From Pseudovirgaria hyperparasitica (taxonomy: Eukaryota): a stretch of 64,000 bases of DNA. Positions 21,052-34,338 of the stretch are shown here, in pieces; position 1 is the first letter of the stretch; every line of letters begins with the position of its first letter. Both the position numbers and the translations under genes were made by a program. The notes beneath the pieces are model-generated. The model did not search any database, was not told the origin of the DNA, and was given only the letters and a program-made list of their open reading frames with translations. The DNA is taken from assembly GCA_010093815.1 (NCBI GenBank), contig ML996584.1; one strand, 5' to 3'.

Positions 21052-24000
21052 GTTGATATTAGGTATTACTAAGGATTAAGTGAGGTAGCGATGGTGATCC
21101 GAAGCTGTATCTGCTTTGGACAGAGCTCGTATGCGGAAGCGAAAGACGGCGAGGACTGATGAGCGAGGGATCAGTCTTCTTCGGAGGATAAAGAGATGCC
21201 AAATCCGAAAGCTTTTTGAGGGATTATGCAGTAGAGCTGGGAAGCGTGAGGAGAAAAGAAGAAGATGAAGGCGGGAGGCAGGGCTGGTTAATGTACTACT
21301 TCAGTGAAGCGGATTGGGACAATGAGGAAAGTCCATAAGCACTTCGCATGCGCAGAGTACATACACACCATTCACCCACGTCGGCGCCTCGACCAATAGC
21401 AGAGCAGCCGACATTCCCCAATAGGTGCGAGTTCGGGAGAGGGGCAGAGGGGGGGAGGGGGAGGTTGGGAAGTGATTGGGAAGTGATTGGCGTCGAGCAG
21501 GCCGAGTCTAGTGCGATTGGCCCAAAAAAAACAAGGAGGCTATATCGGTGTCTTGTCCCGGCATGGCTGGGCTTGAGCATGGTGCTTGTGCGTCTTGATG
21601 GCTAATACGGACGACTCGTTGCTCAGTGCTGACATTGACAGGAAAGTGGAAGAATGCTTGGGGACGAGTTGTTTGTCCCATTGCTTCACAGTTTGACTGT
21701 GGTCCTTCAGCTTGATCTGCAAACAAAGAATGCCCTAAATCACCAAATAATCATACGCTCTCTCTCTCTCTCCGCCCAACATACCTCAACGTCGGAAGGT
21801 AACAGTTGGGATAAGCTCCGAGCTGGCAAAATGTGATATCATCTCGATGAGTCTAGCTGGACTGCGGGCGCTATTGAATGCTGCTCTCAACTTCCAGTTG
21901 GCTGGGAGGCGGCGTGGATCTGATCAGCGATCCGACGTGGATCGTTGCCATGCGTATTCATGAGGAAGCCAGCTAGGATTGTTTGCTGCACGGGATTGCC
22001 TCATCGCCTATTAGAGACAGGCTACGCGTACGGACTAACGAGAGGCGGCATGTTGCATATTCCGTGCTGGGCGTGGCCGTCTTTTGCTGGGACAATGGAG
22101 CGGTTGTGCTGGTGCTGGACACAGTCAACAGTCACAGCAGTCTTGTCAGGCAAGCAATGCGTCACTGCATAGGCGACATGCCGATTGAGGCAGCTCTGGA
22201 GTCGAGATATGGCTGAAGATCATAGGGCACGCACTGTGATGGACCGAGTGTCTCTCGCATTATCAACGCAGCAACGACAGCAGACAGCCATAAAAAGTGC
22301 TCATGCCCAGCCAGGTAATTAGTTCGTGCGCCGCTCTCTCCACCGGCCAGTTGACACGAACTGACGAGAAAACGGGGTAGAATGCCGGTGATTGGACAGA
22401 TTTGAGCGACGAAGGGTGGTGCGTTTCAGAGTGGAGGCTGGTGGAAGCCCCGAGCGCCAGCCATTCCCACTCTGGGCCCCCATGTCAACATCATGGCAGT
22501 ATATGGAGAGTCGTAATGGCATCCAACAATCCATTGTTGCATGGACCACGGACCACTTGGGTCGTTGACCGGCTGCGTTTATCCATGGCCACCAATTGCA
22601 GGCATGAGGACAAAAACCCCTCTTGCGTGTGAGAGAGTATACAAAGACTGCATACGGCACGCCTCTCAGCCGTGCCAGCCATCTTCTTCACTTCCATTCT
22701 CAGCAGCTTCACAGCCAGCATCCATCCATCTGTCCATCCATCATCTCTCGTATGTCCAGCCCTTCTTCTTCTTCCTCATGCGACCGTTGGGCGGAAGCGG
22801 GGACAACGATGACGCAGACAGGCAGCTGTCGGTCCGCAATCGTCTATCGACAGCCAAGTTAGCGCCTCAACCGTGCCGCGATGGGCGATTGGCAGCGACA
22901 GCAGCTCTGGGCAAAGTCTTGGTATGATGACTAGGCCACGATCCATCGACAGCCAGCGCGGATGGCCAGTTGCCGTGTGTTGTGGTACGTTGCGAGCATC
23001 GTCGGCAGATTGCGAGTGAGGTACAAACGGAGATGGATCTTGTAGAACTAGATTGAAGAAAAAGGCACAATTGGCTGAATCCAGCAGAGGTCGCCAGTCA
23101 CACAGCAATATGTCAAAGTGAAAATAGCCGCGAATGAGAGCGTGTTGTGTGTGTGTGAGTGAGTGGTGAGAATGTGGAGAAGCCAAGACGACGAAAGGGC
23201 AAAAAAGAATTGAAGGTGGAGTGACAGCGACAGTGACAGTTCGGTAGCAGCGAAGAACCTGACTAGCCACCACTTACGCGCGACCGACAGGCTGCTTTTG
23301 CGGGGGGCTTAGCCGTGTTTTTAGGGGGGTTGGGCAGCCTAGCCAGGGCACCAGACGGGGAGGGACCCAGCTATTCTTCGGCGGCCCTCCCCCCCTTCTT
23401 TTGGCGCCCCCCTTCCCCCTTCTTTCCTGGCTGCCAGACATACACAGACAGACATCGGCTACCTCTTCCGCATATTCATTGTATCCACATAACTCTGATA
23501 CTGTAGGTAAAGAGAATGATCCGGTCCCAGAACCACAATTCCTGCCGCTGTCTCGGCCGTGCTGTCACGACTGTCACGGCTGTCATGTCAGGAGCTGAAT
23601 ATCCGACGCTCCCACAACAACAACAACATCATTGCGAACTCGCAACCGCATGTTGGCATATCTAGATCGCTCTGTTGCTCGTCATTTGCTGAAAGCAACA
23701 GATGCTAAGCAGCCCCGTTGTTATGTCGTTACTGTGGAGCAGGACGCGCATCACTCAACAGACCGGAAAATGCGATCGTCCATCACTGAACATCGCCATT
23801 TCCGCCCAATTCTCGATCCACGATCCCATCTGTTGGTGATCTCTCCGCCATACTTTTTCGATGGGCCGAGACTACATCGCTATTCAACGTATTACCATCT
23901 CGTAGGAATATGTATATACGTTATTATTGAAGCTGTTTTGTATCCGATCGTCATATTCAAGCAGTCCAGCCCTTTGTTTACATACCGAACCGTCAACAAC

Positions 24001-24785
24001 ACACTTCGTTCGGCACACACCTAGACCTACCAAACATCCCAATCTGTCCGATTCTCCCAGATCGACATCTGTCCCTGGCCTGGCTAATTAGGGCAGCTAG
24101 CTAGCATAAGCTTCTCGTAGAGAAAAAAACAAACTAAAAAAACAACATACACTTACTTGTTCCTCGGCCCCAGATTCTCTAGTATCGCGCCACCCACTCT
24201 TATTCCCTCGGGTCCATCACTCACGACGACGATGATGTCACCACTTTTTCTTCCATCGAGGCTTCTTCCGTGGGCGTCTGGATTCTAGCATTTGCTTGAC
24301 GCTTGACACTTACTCATTTACGGCCTGGTAGCGCTGGCGTCGTTCATATGTCTCTCTCGGCTGTCTGTATCCATGGATAGTCATCTCGGCCGGGGCTCGC
24401 TCTGATCGAGCACCCACACAAACAAACGCTAATGGATCATGTATGTTTCAACCCTCGGACCCATCACCATCCATCCATTCAACTTCTTCAGCATTCAGCC
24501 TTGGCTACGAGCGCTCTGCTCTGCTCTGCTCGCCGAACATACACTTTGCTGGAACACTAATTATCCGGAAGTCTACTTGGCTTGGCCCACCAGCTCCCTA
24601 GCCGCCCGTACGTAGATAGCATAGTATCCAGGCACGCACGCATGCCAGTCTGCTGCAGGTACCAACGCACCCTGACAAACGCAGTTAGTGCGTTCAGCAT
24701 GGATGCGAGTCTTGGATGGATCCATGAATAGGCAAACAGCTCCGCTAGAATGATGGATCCGTTTATACCAAGCGCTTGATAAGCT

Positions 24786-24890
24786 GACTGTGCTGTGCTG
24801 TGTTGTGCTGCTGCATACATGCATACACGCATACACGCATACATGCATACACGCATGCATGCTGTGCTGTCCTGTGCTGTCCTGTGCTGT
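24786..24890. repeat. Compound (CTGTG)n/(GCATACAC)n microsatellite
   Basis: Degenerate short tandem units in the long intergenic region. Confidence 0.7.
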
Positions 24891-25438
24891 TGTCCCTTGA
24901 TTTTGGACTTTCCTTGGCTGCTAAAAGCCCTCATCACCATCAGCGAATCGCGCGGGCTGTTAGGAATGAATGACTCTAACTTGGACGTGCTCGTTCGACT
25001 TGTCTTGCAATAATTACCCCTTTCGCGCTGCAGATTGACTGATTGGATCTCTCATAATAAGTACGGCAAGTGGTAGCATGCCTCTCTTATAGCTGGCACC
25101 ACCCTGATACATATGAACCATACAGTACTTGCCAAAGCCACATCTATCTCTGCCCTATACCTAACATCCATCTATCACTCGGCATTTCACTTCTTTAGAT
25201 TCCTCATACAGTCTCAATGACCTATCAATAACTACTTGAGAGAAGCATAGTACATATATTCACGCACGCCAAGCCCATGGTATATATCTCACTACTATCA
25301 TCATCACGTGCCATCAATCACCACAGTCCCAGACGAACAAAACTGCATGCCAATATCAATAAATTATGGATGCTAGCCAGCAGTACGTACACGCTCGCTA
25401 CTCCATCCCAAAATCTATTATCATGTATCCCTCATCCC

Positions 25439-28400
25439 CTACATAAACGCCTCTCTCGCCTCCGTCCACCCCGGTCTCAGACCCTCCCCCTTAACCATCA
25501 CACCCCCTTCCACAACCCAATCCACCTGCAGTTTGACACCAACACCAACATCCCCATCTTCCATGCCCCAGACACTCAACCCCAGCACATTCTCCCCATC
25601 GTAGTCCCACACCCCCGGCGGCACCGGAAAGACGCTCTGTCCCCGCCCATCGCCCCCAATGCCAGGCACATACTTCCCGTAATTGTACCCGTTGACATAG
25701 ATCTCAGCTCTGAGCGCCGAGGACGTGAGCCTGTCGAGCACGATGCTCAGACTTGCGTCGTAGCCGGCCGGAATAGACAGCGGGAACGTGGTGCGATAGA
25801 ATCGCACGCCAGGAGATGTGACGAGTGTGGATGGAGTCGAGAGCGGCCAGGCGGTGCTGTCGAAGCCTGGGAGGGACCAGCCGAGGCGCGAAGGTGTAAG
25901 TCCGTTTTCGTTCATGATGCCACGGACTGGATCGAGGGGGGTTCCGTTCAGAGATGCTCCGCCGGCGATCTTCCACTCTGTGAATCCAGGGGATGAGGTC
26001 GTATTGTTGGAGGCAGACAGGAGGTTTGCGGCGAGGATGCCGCGAGGGTTGAGTGCTCCGTCTCGTTGGTCATGCCCTGTGTTGTCCATGATCACGAGCA
26101 ACACGTTCTCCTTCCCATCGCCGAAGACAGTAGCGCTTGCGTCTACAAAGGACAGTGTCAAATTCCCCTGTGCACTGTCTGCGTCGCCGGTCCAGCTACC
26201 TACGAAGCCTCCATTCAGCCATGCGCTCCATCCGAACGCTGTCCCGCCTTGCACTGCAAGCTCCACGCCTGTCGCGCCACCGAGGAATGTACCACGGAAG
26301 AGCATAGCGCCGTAGTGGAAGCCATACAAATCTGCGTATAGCACAGCTTCGCCGGTCTGAGGATTGAGTTGGTCTGCAACACGCCACGCTGGTGTATCGG
26401 CGACGTACTCTGGCTTGATCTCTGGTAGTGCGTCCGCCACTCTCCACACAGCACCGCTGAGGTCCGGAAGCTCAGGAGACAGCGGTGTGAACTGGATGTC
26501 AGCTATGAGTGTTCCGTAAGATGTGCGACGAGTTCGGGCTTGCACGCCGTTCCAGGTCAAAGACCTCAATTTCGCAGGTGCAAACACTTCGATCGACGTA
26601 GTATGAGGGATGTCACCAGTGAGGTCAAACGTCGTATCAGAAGTCAACGAGGCGCCACGAACGAGGTAGGGGCCGAGGACAAGAACTTTCAACACGTTAG
26701 ATGACGCAGTGTCTGGGGAGAATGTGATAAAACTTACTTGTCTCGTCCACGGGACTAGCAGGGTCAGTCGAGAAACTAGGAGCCCAGAGCCCATATGCGG
26801 CAGTACGGTCAAGTAACAAAACACGCATGTCGTCGACGAAAATGACACTCGCTCCTTCGCCTTGCGTGAATTCGACTATAAGACCATGCTTTGCCGGACG
26901 GAAAGCTACAGTTGCGTTCTGCGCCCTGGCAATATGTCCATGTCGACCACCGCGGACGTAAAATTCACCAGACTCGCCAGTCGGAACCCATAACGCGATT
27001 GTAGGAATATTATCAAAGACGGCGTATGTGAGTACCTCAGCTGTAGAGTAGATGAATGAGTGGCTTCCGAAGCGAAAGTCGGTAACGATGATCTTGCTCT
27101 GATGTCCGTTGATAACAATAGATGAGTTGCCCTGAGGAATAGTGAGGTTGCCAACGGACGTGCTGACATGCAATTTGAATGCATCTCTTGATGCCAGATA
27201 AGATGGCGAGTGTCTAGTGACATAAAATGCTCCATTCGTCTCGCTGTTCCGCAGTTCAGTGGCCATCACCAGGGAATTCGTCGTGTAGAATGTTCCATTG
27301 CCCAATCTCTCGGTCACCGTTAAATCATCAGCGACGCGGGTAAACAAAGCCAGAGTCTTTGTCTCAGAGAATTTATCCCAGATCGCACGATTCTCGGATA
27401 TAGGGGCAGAGTAATCGTAGCTAGTAGCGACTACAGGTGCAGCAAGAGCACCCCAATTTGTGCCGCCGTACATCATGTAAAGAGAAACGGCGGTGACACG
27501 CTCGCCAATAAGCTGTCGGTAGAATAGGTTGGCAAAGTCTGAGCCGATATCATTGGGACAGCCGCCTTCGGGGCCACCTGTACGAGGTAGGTTAGACTGA
27601 CAATACTGGTCTCATGTGTACCGTCTTCCTGACTACTATGGAACAGTAGGACTGTAAATCAAAACTTACCCCAGGGATTATAAGACCCTCCTTGGAATTC
27701 TGGCATGAAAGAAGGTTGCGTAGGCGAGACATCCTGGAAGTGTCCGTAGTAATTGGCGACTGAATATGCAACGTACTGTCCATTCGTTGACGTACATTCG
27801 TCGAGATTGCAAGACCAGCACGAAGGATAACTGTCGAGTCCATAGACATCCACATTGCCTCCCTCATCTGACCAGTCCTTGGACCATGACTTGGTATTCA
27901 TGTTTGGCGCATTCTGTATCGTTGGAATGATGATACCATTGTCCCTTGCTCTTTTCTCCAGATCTTCCATGTACGCAATTCCATCCTGATTCGGAACTCT
28001 GTCTACCGGGTTCCCAATCCATTGACTCTGATATTCATTCTCAATCTGATAGAGGATGGTGTTTCCACCTTCCGTAATCTGATACGGAGCTGAGAGCCGA
28101 GCCACCTCCTGCCAGAACGGCGCGTATGCATCGCCGTATCGCGGATCGCTGTTCCGTAGCTTTCCATACTCGCCCGTTGTGAGCCAGCCTGGGAAGCCGC
28201 CAGCGTTGGACTCGGCATTCACATAAGGACCAGGACGCTCAATGACATAGAGTCCGACGCGCTTGGCGATCTCAAACAGGTGAGTGAAATTTCGCCCGCC
28301 AGTCTCAAAGTCCAACGCGTCAGGACTATGGCTATGATATCCCCAGTGCGTGTAGAATGCAACTGCAGTAAATCCGCAAGCCTTGATCTTCTCGAGTATG

Positions 28401-28633
28401 TCTTCCCAGAGCTCAGGTACAGGGATTCTCCAGTAGTGCAGTTCGCCGGAGAAGACGAAAAGACGCTTTTCATTGACGATGAAGCTGTAATGATCCCATT
28501 GGACGATGTCAGTGTACTCGTTATTTTGCAGAGGCCATTGTGTTGCATTCTGGGCCAATACAGCATATGGAAGAGATACCATCCATGTCCAGATTAACAG
28601 AAAAATACCAACATGACCTCTGCCAAGTCTCAT
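25439..28633 (-). CDS. Secreted GH35 beta-galactosidase (LacB/BgaB type)
   Basis: Signal peptide. [25 protein letters not shown], catalytic YQIENEY and [25 protein letters not shown]-terminal jelly-roll domains. Introns at ~27669-27578 and ~26739-26687. Confidence 0.93.
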
Positions 28634-29154
28634 CTTGACTGTTATGTTAACGGGATGCCTTGCAAAACGCTGTTGAGCCAGGAAGACTTGGAAACGAGCT
28701 TTATACCTCATTCAGTGCACAAACGGCCATGAGGGTCAATCAGTCCCCGCAGGTATCATCAGTTCTCGGTGACAGGGAATCTGGAGACAGGCCGTTGATC
28801 ACCTACAAGGGGCTCCGCACGTCGGAAGCGACACTGAAATGCGCCGGGATCTTCGTAAGGGAGAGGTCATCGAACGGGTCTAGCTTTCTGCACCCCACCA
28901 ATTCCGAGAAGAGGTGAGTACGTAAAGCACAAAATTCGCACATAGCCATAGGCTAATGCGTCGAGAGACGACGTTGACACGAATTAATACGGAAGAAATA
29001 AGAGGTTCGGTAGACATTGGTCCGGGGTCGAGCGGGGTCGTGGAGTCAAGGTGTGAAATGATGAACTTAGACAGCAAAACTTCACCTGAAAGACCAATGA
29101 AGCAAGTTGGTGCATAGTGCTGTAAGGCATTGCTACGTCTCGGCTTGGAAGACC

Positions 29155-30741
29155 TCAGCCACAGTCCGGCTCGTCGTGTTGTGATGTAGCATCTCTTCCA
29201 CCCATTACTCCCCCATCAAGAATCCATTGCTCGTTGTCGTCATCATCATCCTGAACTCTCCTCCACAATGGTTCTCTTTCTCGTTGTCTTGATTTGCCCT
29301 TGTCTTCAATCTTAGTAACAGGACGTATCATTTTACCTAGTAGAGGGTTTCTGCTAAAGGCCCCAGATGCATGGCTGTTTGATGTGGAAGCCGGTAAGGT
29401 CTCCAGATAATCATCTTCGTCATTACTCGGTGGTGTTGTTGGTCGTTCAGCGGCAGCCATTTTTCGGACAATCTTCCCTCCTTTGAGGTCAATAGAGGCA
29501 ACCACTTTGCGTTTCTCATACTCTGGTCTGGCATTCCATTCTTGCTCTCGCAAGATCTTTTGCTGCCGCTTTAGTTGTAGAGCTCGTTCCTGGGGGGTAG
29601 CCCACATGTTTACTCCCGCATCTGGTGTCTCAAAGTCTGCTGCTTCGTCTCGAATATGTGTACGTCGAGCGTTCTGGGCCTGAAAGTTGAGTAATTTATC
29701 ACGATGTTTCTTAGCAGCAGCGAGTTTCTCACTTTCCGAATCCGATGACGCAGGCGTAGATGTTCCCGGTGTAGAAAGTGATGCGAATGGTTTTGGAGCT
29801 TTGGCGACCTCTGCACGCTTATAAGCAGCATTGTTCGCCTCCATCCGCTCCTTTCCACGCTCCTCGCGCAGTGTGCGGACCATGGAGGAAATTTCACTCG
29901 CAGAAAGGAGTGGCTTTTCACAGAATGTGCATGGTCCCAAGCCCTCCTTGACACATATAATCTTTCCGCAGTTCAGACAATTGGGGGCGGCTTCAAGAAG
30001 GGGATGTCTCGTGGCCATACAGTTACAGCGCCGGCGCGCATTGTTCTCCGCAGACGGCGCCAGCGAAGGGTTAGTCTGAATCTCCAGTGCTCTTATAACA
30101 TGATCAAGGTCATCCAGTTGTTTCGACTGTCCATGCATGGCAGTTCCGCCAGATATATTGACTTTAGCCTTCGCTTTGGGTGCTGGAGAAGACGTTCTAG
30201 ACGACTTGACATCCGAAATGAGAGGTCCAGCGGCAGAGGGAGGAAGTTTTGAAGGTGCTTTCGCTGACGGCGCAATTTGTTGCGGCCTCGAATCTTGGAT
30301 CGCATCAGGCTTGTCCTGCAGAGCCAACGTATTTGATATGGGCGGTTCCTTCTTCTGCTTTGGCCTCCCACTCATGTAGTCCTCCTCATTCTTCTTTACA
30401 TATGCTCCTGTAGTATTTCCAAAATCATCGGGCCGCCGGGGTGCTGGTAATGTGTTGAAATTGTTCGCCTTCTTCTTCCTAGGTTTCGCTTTAGGTACTT
30501 CCGACAGAGATTCTCTGGATGGCGCTTGGGAGGAGCTTCCGGATGGAGAGGCTTTCCGTCGCTGATTGAAGGACGAGATAAAGTCTAGAGCTTGTGGAGA
30601 GTCACCTAGTAAGTTCTTTAGGTGTTCTGCGGCTTGATCTTTGGACAGCGTGTCAGTGTACGCGATTATTTGCTTCAGTGACTCTTCATCTAGAGGTAAT
30701 AGCTTGGACAGCTGGGGAGCAGCCCACGAAGACAGTTCCAT
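29155..30741 (-). CDS. RQT4: zf-C2HC5 protein, TRIP4/ASC-1/Rqt4 homologue
   Basis: CNCMATRHPL...NCLNCGKIIC...GPCTFC zinc finger, A..HRDKLL.F...ARRT.I.DEAADF, and an N-terminal PWI-like region. Confidence 0.88.
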   Translation of the reverse strand: MELSSWAAPQLSKLLPLDEESLKQIIAYTDTLSKDQAAEHLKNLLGDSPQALDFISSFNQRRKASPSGSSSQAPSRESLSEVPKAKPRKKKANNFNTLPAPRRPDDFGNTTGAYVKKNEEDYMSGRPKQKKEPPISNTLALQDKPDAIQDSRPQQIAPSAKAPSKLPPSAAGPLISDVKSSRTSSPAPKAKAKVNISGGTAMHGQSKQLDDLDHVIRALEIQTNPSLAPSAENNARRRCNCMATRHPLLEAAPNCLNCGKIICVKEGLGPCTFCEKPLLSASEISSMVRTLREERGKERMEANNAAYKRAEVAKAPKPFASLSTPGTSTPASSDSESEKLAAAKKHRDKLLNFQAQNARRTHIRDEAADFETPDAGVNMWATPQERALQLKRQQKILREQEWNARPEYEKRKVVASIDLKGGKIVRKMAAAERPTTPPSNDEDDYLETLPASTSNSHASGAFSRNPLLGKMIRPVTKIEDKGKSRQREREPLWRRVQDDDDDNEQWILDGGVMGGRDATSQHDEPDCG

Positions 30742-31224
30742 CGCGATGAGAATTCAAGCACTGGTCAGGTTATGCTGCTCTGTTCAATATACAAACGCGT
30801 TTATTGCGCGCGCGACGGGTCGTGATGTAGTGGAGTATACGTTACATCCATGGATGTAAAAGCTCAAAGTCTTTGTGGGGTAAGATCGTTACCTAGCTCA
30901 CGACGCGATGTCCGAATTCGATCATGCGCAAATTCTGCGAAGATGTATTCAATCTCAGTGTGCTAAGCCAGAGGACCTATAACCCTATATGATTGTCAAA
31001 TAAAGCTCCACTGTATTCAGAGTATAAATGTTCCCCAATCGAAGTTCTAATGGGGACCGTTGGTGACGTCATTGTTCATCAAGTCTACGCGTATCATATG
31101 CAATGGACTGAGGGCCAAGCACTTATCTGAAGTTATTGAATAGCCTAGTGATTAAGAGCCTTTGATAAATTTTGTTATACTCAATCATACCGTCCTTTGC
31201 TTATCATGTTGCATAAAAGCATCG

Positions 31225-32100
31225 TCAGAGTTCCTCATCCAGCACCTCTTCCATTTCCACCTGTCTCATTTCTCTCACAAACCGTTCTTCCTCCGCCTGT
31301 AAATCTACTACCCCTACATTTGGGTCCCTTTCTGTTCCATGGGGTATCGCATTTTGTTCCGCTATCATCGCTCTATGCCCAACTCCTTCTGCTGCTACCT
31401 CCACAACCGGTTCAGGGTCTCCTTCCACGGTATCTTTAGTCGCAGTTTTCACTTTTGGCTTATTCCTGACTGATGATGGTATGAATTTGCTAACAGCTTC
31501 CTTTCTCAAATCTCGCACAACTGGGGCAGCAGAGTATGTAGTCTTCGCCTCGATCTGGGGTTTAGCAGGTAATGCATGTGGCTCCCGAATACCTGACTCA
31601 ACTTCGATCTGGTTCGCACCAGTCGCGTGTCTGTTGCGATTCGGTCTAGGGACGGGAGGGGGCGTATCTCGTGGCATGGGTATATCTCTGACATCTTCGT
31701 CCGTCTCGCTGCTCTCGCTGCCCCTACTGCCGTCTCTCCTCCTCTTTCCCAGCACAGCACCGCCTCGTCCGCCTCTTCCACGTCCCCTTTCGCCTCTATC
31801 ATCGCTATCATGCCGCCGGAAATGAGGTGCCTTGTCGCCGAGAACTTCTCTAGCCTTATTTACAGCTCTGAGATCCTTTTCGAGTTGCGACAGTGTCTCT
31901 CTATCTTTTGGCCGTAGGCTCCCTGTAGCCTCAGCTTGTCTTAAATCATCGATTTGACGCTGTAGACGTTCTGGATTTCGCCGCGCAAGCTTCTCATTAC
32001 GTTGCGTCTGCAGCTGTGCTTTGCCTTTTTTAAGAGCCTTGGCTTTGTCGGCTTTGCGCTGGGCTTGTACGGGGTTTGCGGATAGTTTGTCCTTTGCCAT
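31225..32100 (-). CDS. WW-domain-binding protein 11 (Wbp11/Saf1-like splicing factor)
   Basis: N-terminal NPVQAQRKADKAKALKKGK...RNP..LQRQI, IPMPRDTPPP, and TYSAAPVVRDLRKEA..FIP. Confidence 0.85.
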   Translation of the reverse strand: MAKDKLSANPVQAQRKADKAKALKKGKAQLQTQRNEKLARRNPERLQRQIDDLRQAEATGSLRPKDRETLSQLEKDLRAVNKAREVLGDKAPHFRRHDSDDRGERGRGRGGRGGAVLGKRRRDGSRGSESSETDEDVRDIPMPRDTPPPVPRPNRNRHATGANQIEVESGIREPHALPAKPQIEAKTTYSAAPVVRDLRKEAVSKFIPSSVRNKPKVKTATKDTVEGDPEPVVEVAAEGVGHRAMIAEQNAIPHGTERDPNVGVVDLQAEEERFVREMRQVEMEEVLDEEL

Positions 32101-32380
32101 GGTGCGCTACAAACGGACGTTGGTGTCTGGAGATGAATTGATAGACCGGGTGCATAGCAAGATACCAACGCGCACTCACTTGGCGTGCTAATTACTGCTT
32201 AGAAGTCAAACATGTTTTAGCCAGTTCTGATATTACGCGTTGTGGTATATTTCAGCATAGAGGTCCCCAGATCTAATTTAGCTGCATAAGTTTCGCTCGC
32301 GCTACTGTGGACCCCGGCGCTATGATCTGCACCCTGGCGCGTCAACTCGTTCACATCAACCAACAACACAACCAGACATC

Positions 32381-33623
32381 ATGTTGATTCCCACTTCGGT
32401 GCTCGCAAACCTCAAGAAGCAAGGAAAAAGGCCAATAAAAGAGGAGAAGCCAGTCAAAAAGCCTGATGAAGCTTTCCCCGAGTCGGGTCCCAATCAAGTC
32501 GAGGTCCTCCCGAAGGAGCTTTCTGAAGCCCAAGCTACATCGGATCTGCCCACGATTGAAGCAGATCAAGGCCCTGCGAAACGTGTTCGTACCGGAGGCT
32601 CCAATATCACCGTGGCTGAGATCACGCCAGAATATCTCCAGAGCATTGTCAGCGGATTCGAGGTGTGCCTGAGCGACTACGCATTGCAGGATCCCGCAAA
32701 CTCAACATGGCTCAGCCCTCTTGAACGTGAAATCGAAGGCAAAGGACAATGTGTGTCGCCGACTCAAGGAAACAGTGCTGCGCTGACTCCACTTCGTAGA
32801 CTTTCACCTCTCGTCGTTCGTGCAGATGTCCAAGTTCGCCATGCTCAAGCCCCCTGTCTCACAGCCGATCCTGAAGCGTGCTTTTCTCGAATACCCTTCC
32901 GCACTTTTCTCAACCCACAGACTCGAGGACAAGGGTATGATCCAGCGTGTAAACATTCAACCGAACAAGTACCACCCGCGAGATCAACGCACCGAGCGAA
33001 TTGTCTACGTTGAGCCTCACAACGCTAAAATTGCATCTAACATCCCACTCTTCACCTATCTCATAAAGTCCCACAATCCCGAGAAGGAGAAATGGTTCCC
33101 CATCCAGGCAGTGTTCAGAGACGACGACCAGCTCACTAACAAATACGCATACGTCCTCATGAACGGCAACGTCGAGATGGCATGGAGCAAGGGTACCAAA
33201 AAGTGGAAGGAGCTGTGGCCAGACAACTGGATCGTGATGCCGAAAAAAGAGCAGGAGAAGAGAACTGAGGAGTACAAGGCATTGCATCGCCAAGAGCTTG
33301 ATGAGGCCGAAGACGCCGAGCCAGGTAAGCAGGCACATTGGGGTCTCGAAGAGGCGGAAGCATTTCCAAAGCCTGAAGAGTCCGACAAACAATCTTCAGT
33401 CACCCACTCTGTGAGGGACAGCTCAAATCTGAAAGGACACGTATCGAAAACACAGTCTACCAGAATGAACTCTCTTGCAATAGCTGACAAAGGCACAGTC
33501 GAAGTGAAACCTCAAATAGAGCAGCCCAAGAAAGCCTCGCGCAAGCAGGCTGCAAAGCGGAAGATGAAAAAGAAGAAGGCTGCCAAGAAAGCGGCTGCGA
33601 AGAGCGGTGAGGAAGACACTTGA
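32381..33623 (+). CDS. Putative La-module RNA-binding protein (LARP7-like La motif + RRM), Lys-rich tail
   Basis: Intron 32751-32799 (GTGTGT...CTGAC...TAG) joins two ORFs in frame. La-like FEVCLSDYAL...YFHLSSF, RRM-like ERIVYVE and KYAYV, and a LARP7-like helix VMPKKEQEKRTEEYKAL. The gene call is solid; the family call is tentative. Confidence 0.6.
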
Positions 33624-34338
33624 ATGGAGTCGATGGACTATGTGTATAAGGAAAAGGACTAGGTCAAGTATACCCGAGAAATCCATAAGCATATTGGTTA
33701 GTATCACAATAAAAACACGCTATAAGAGTGATTCGAAGCAGAAGTACGTCGTGATGTCGGGACAAGCTCAGCGTATATGATTACTATTTCACCACTGTTC
33801 ATCTTGTGCGCAGAGGAGACTTAATAAACGGTTACAATTAGCCATGCGAGTGTTCTAAACAAGACTTCAGGTATAATTATTATGAACAGTCGATAGCTGA
33901 CTTGGTTACCTATGCTTCAAAAACACCGTAGACTTTGGTATTCCTGCGTTGATAGAAACTCCGCTGTTATACAACTTTTGAGTATTCGATCATGGTTAAA
34001 AATCACCATTGATCAGGTCGGATTGCTTGAGCGTGTAGTGTAAAGAATCATATCCATCGTGGTGCGTGTCGTCGTGGATCATGACTGGGAGGTGTACGAT
34101 TGATAGCATTAATTCATATTCCAACCACTAAATTGGCCAGTCATAATCACGTACGCTCACTTCAAATGGATGATTAGATATAATGTTGCTGAATCGTGAT
34201 TTAATTCATGCTATGTGGGTATTGTTGATCCTTCAATTCATCCATGCAGAGAAAACGCCATCATGCCAGAGATCGCAAAGCCGAGTTCAATATTCGATAT
34301 CGAAGGTCGAAAGTGAGATTTCATGCTGATGTCAACGC

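Noticed and set aside
21052..25438. Many 60-165 aa ORFs in the long intergenic regions (also 34.8-38.4 kb and 40-43.4 kb)
   Set aside because: No recognisable domains or coherent exon chains. I also saw no convincing tRNA or rRNA, though ncRNAs cannot be excluded by eye.
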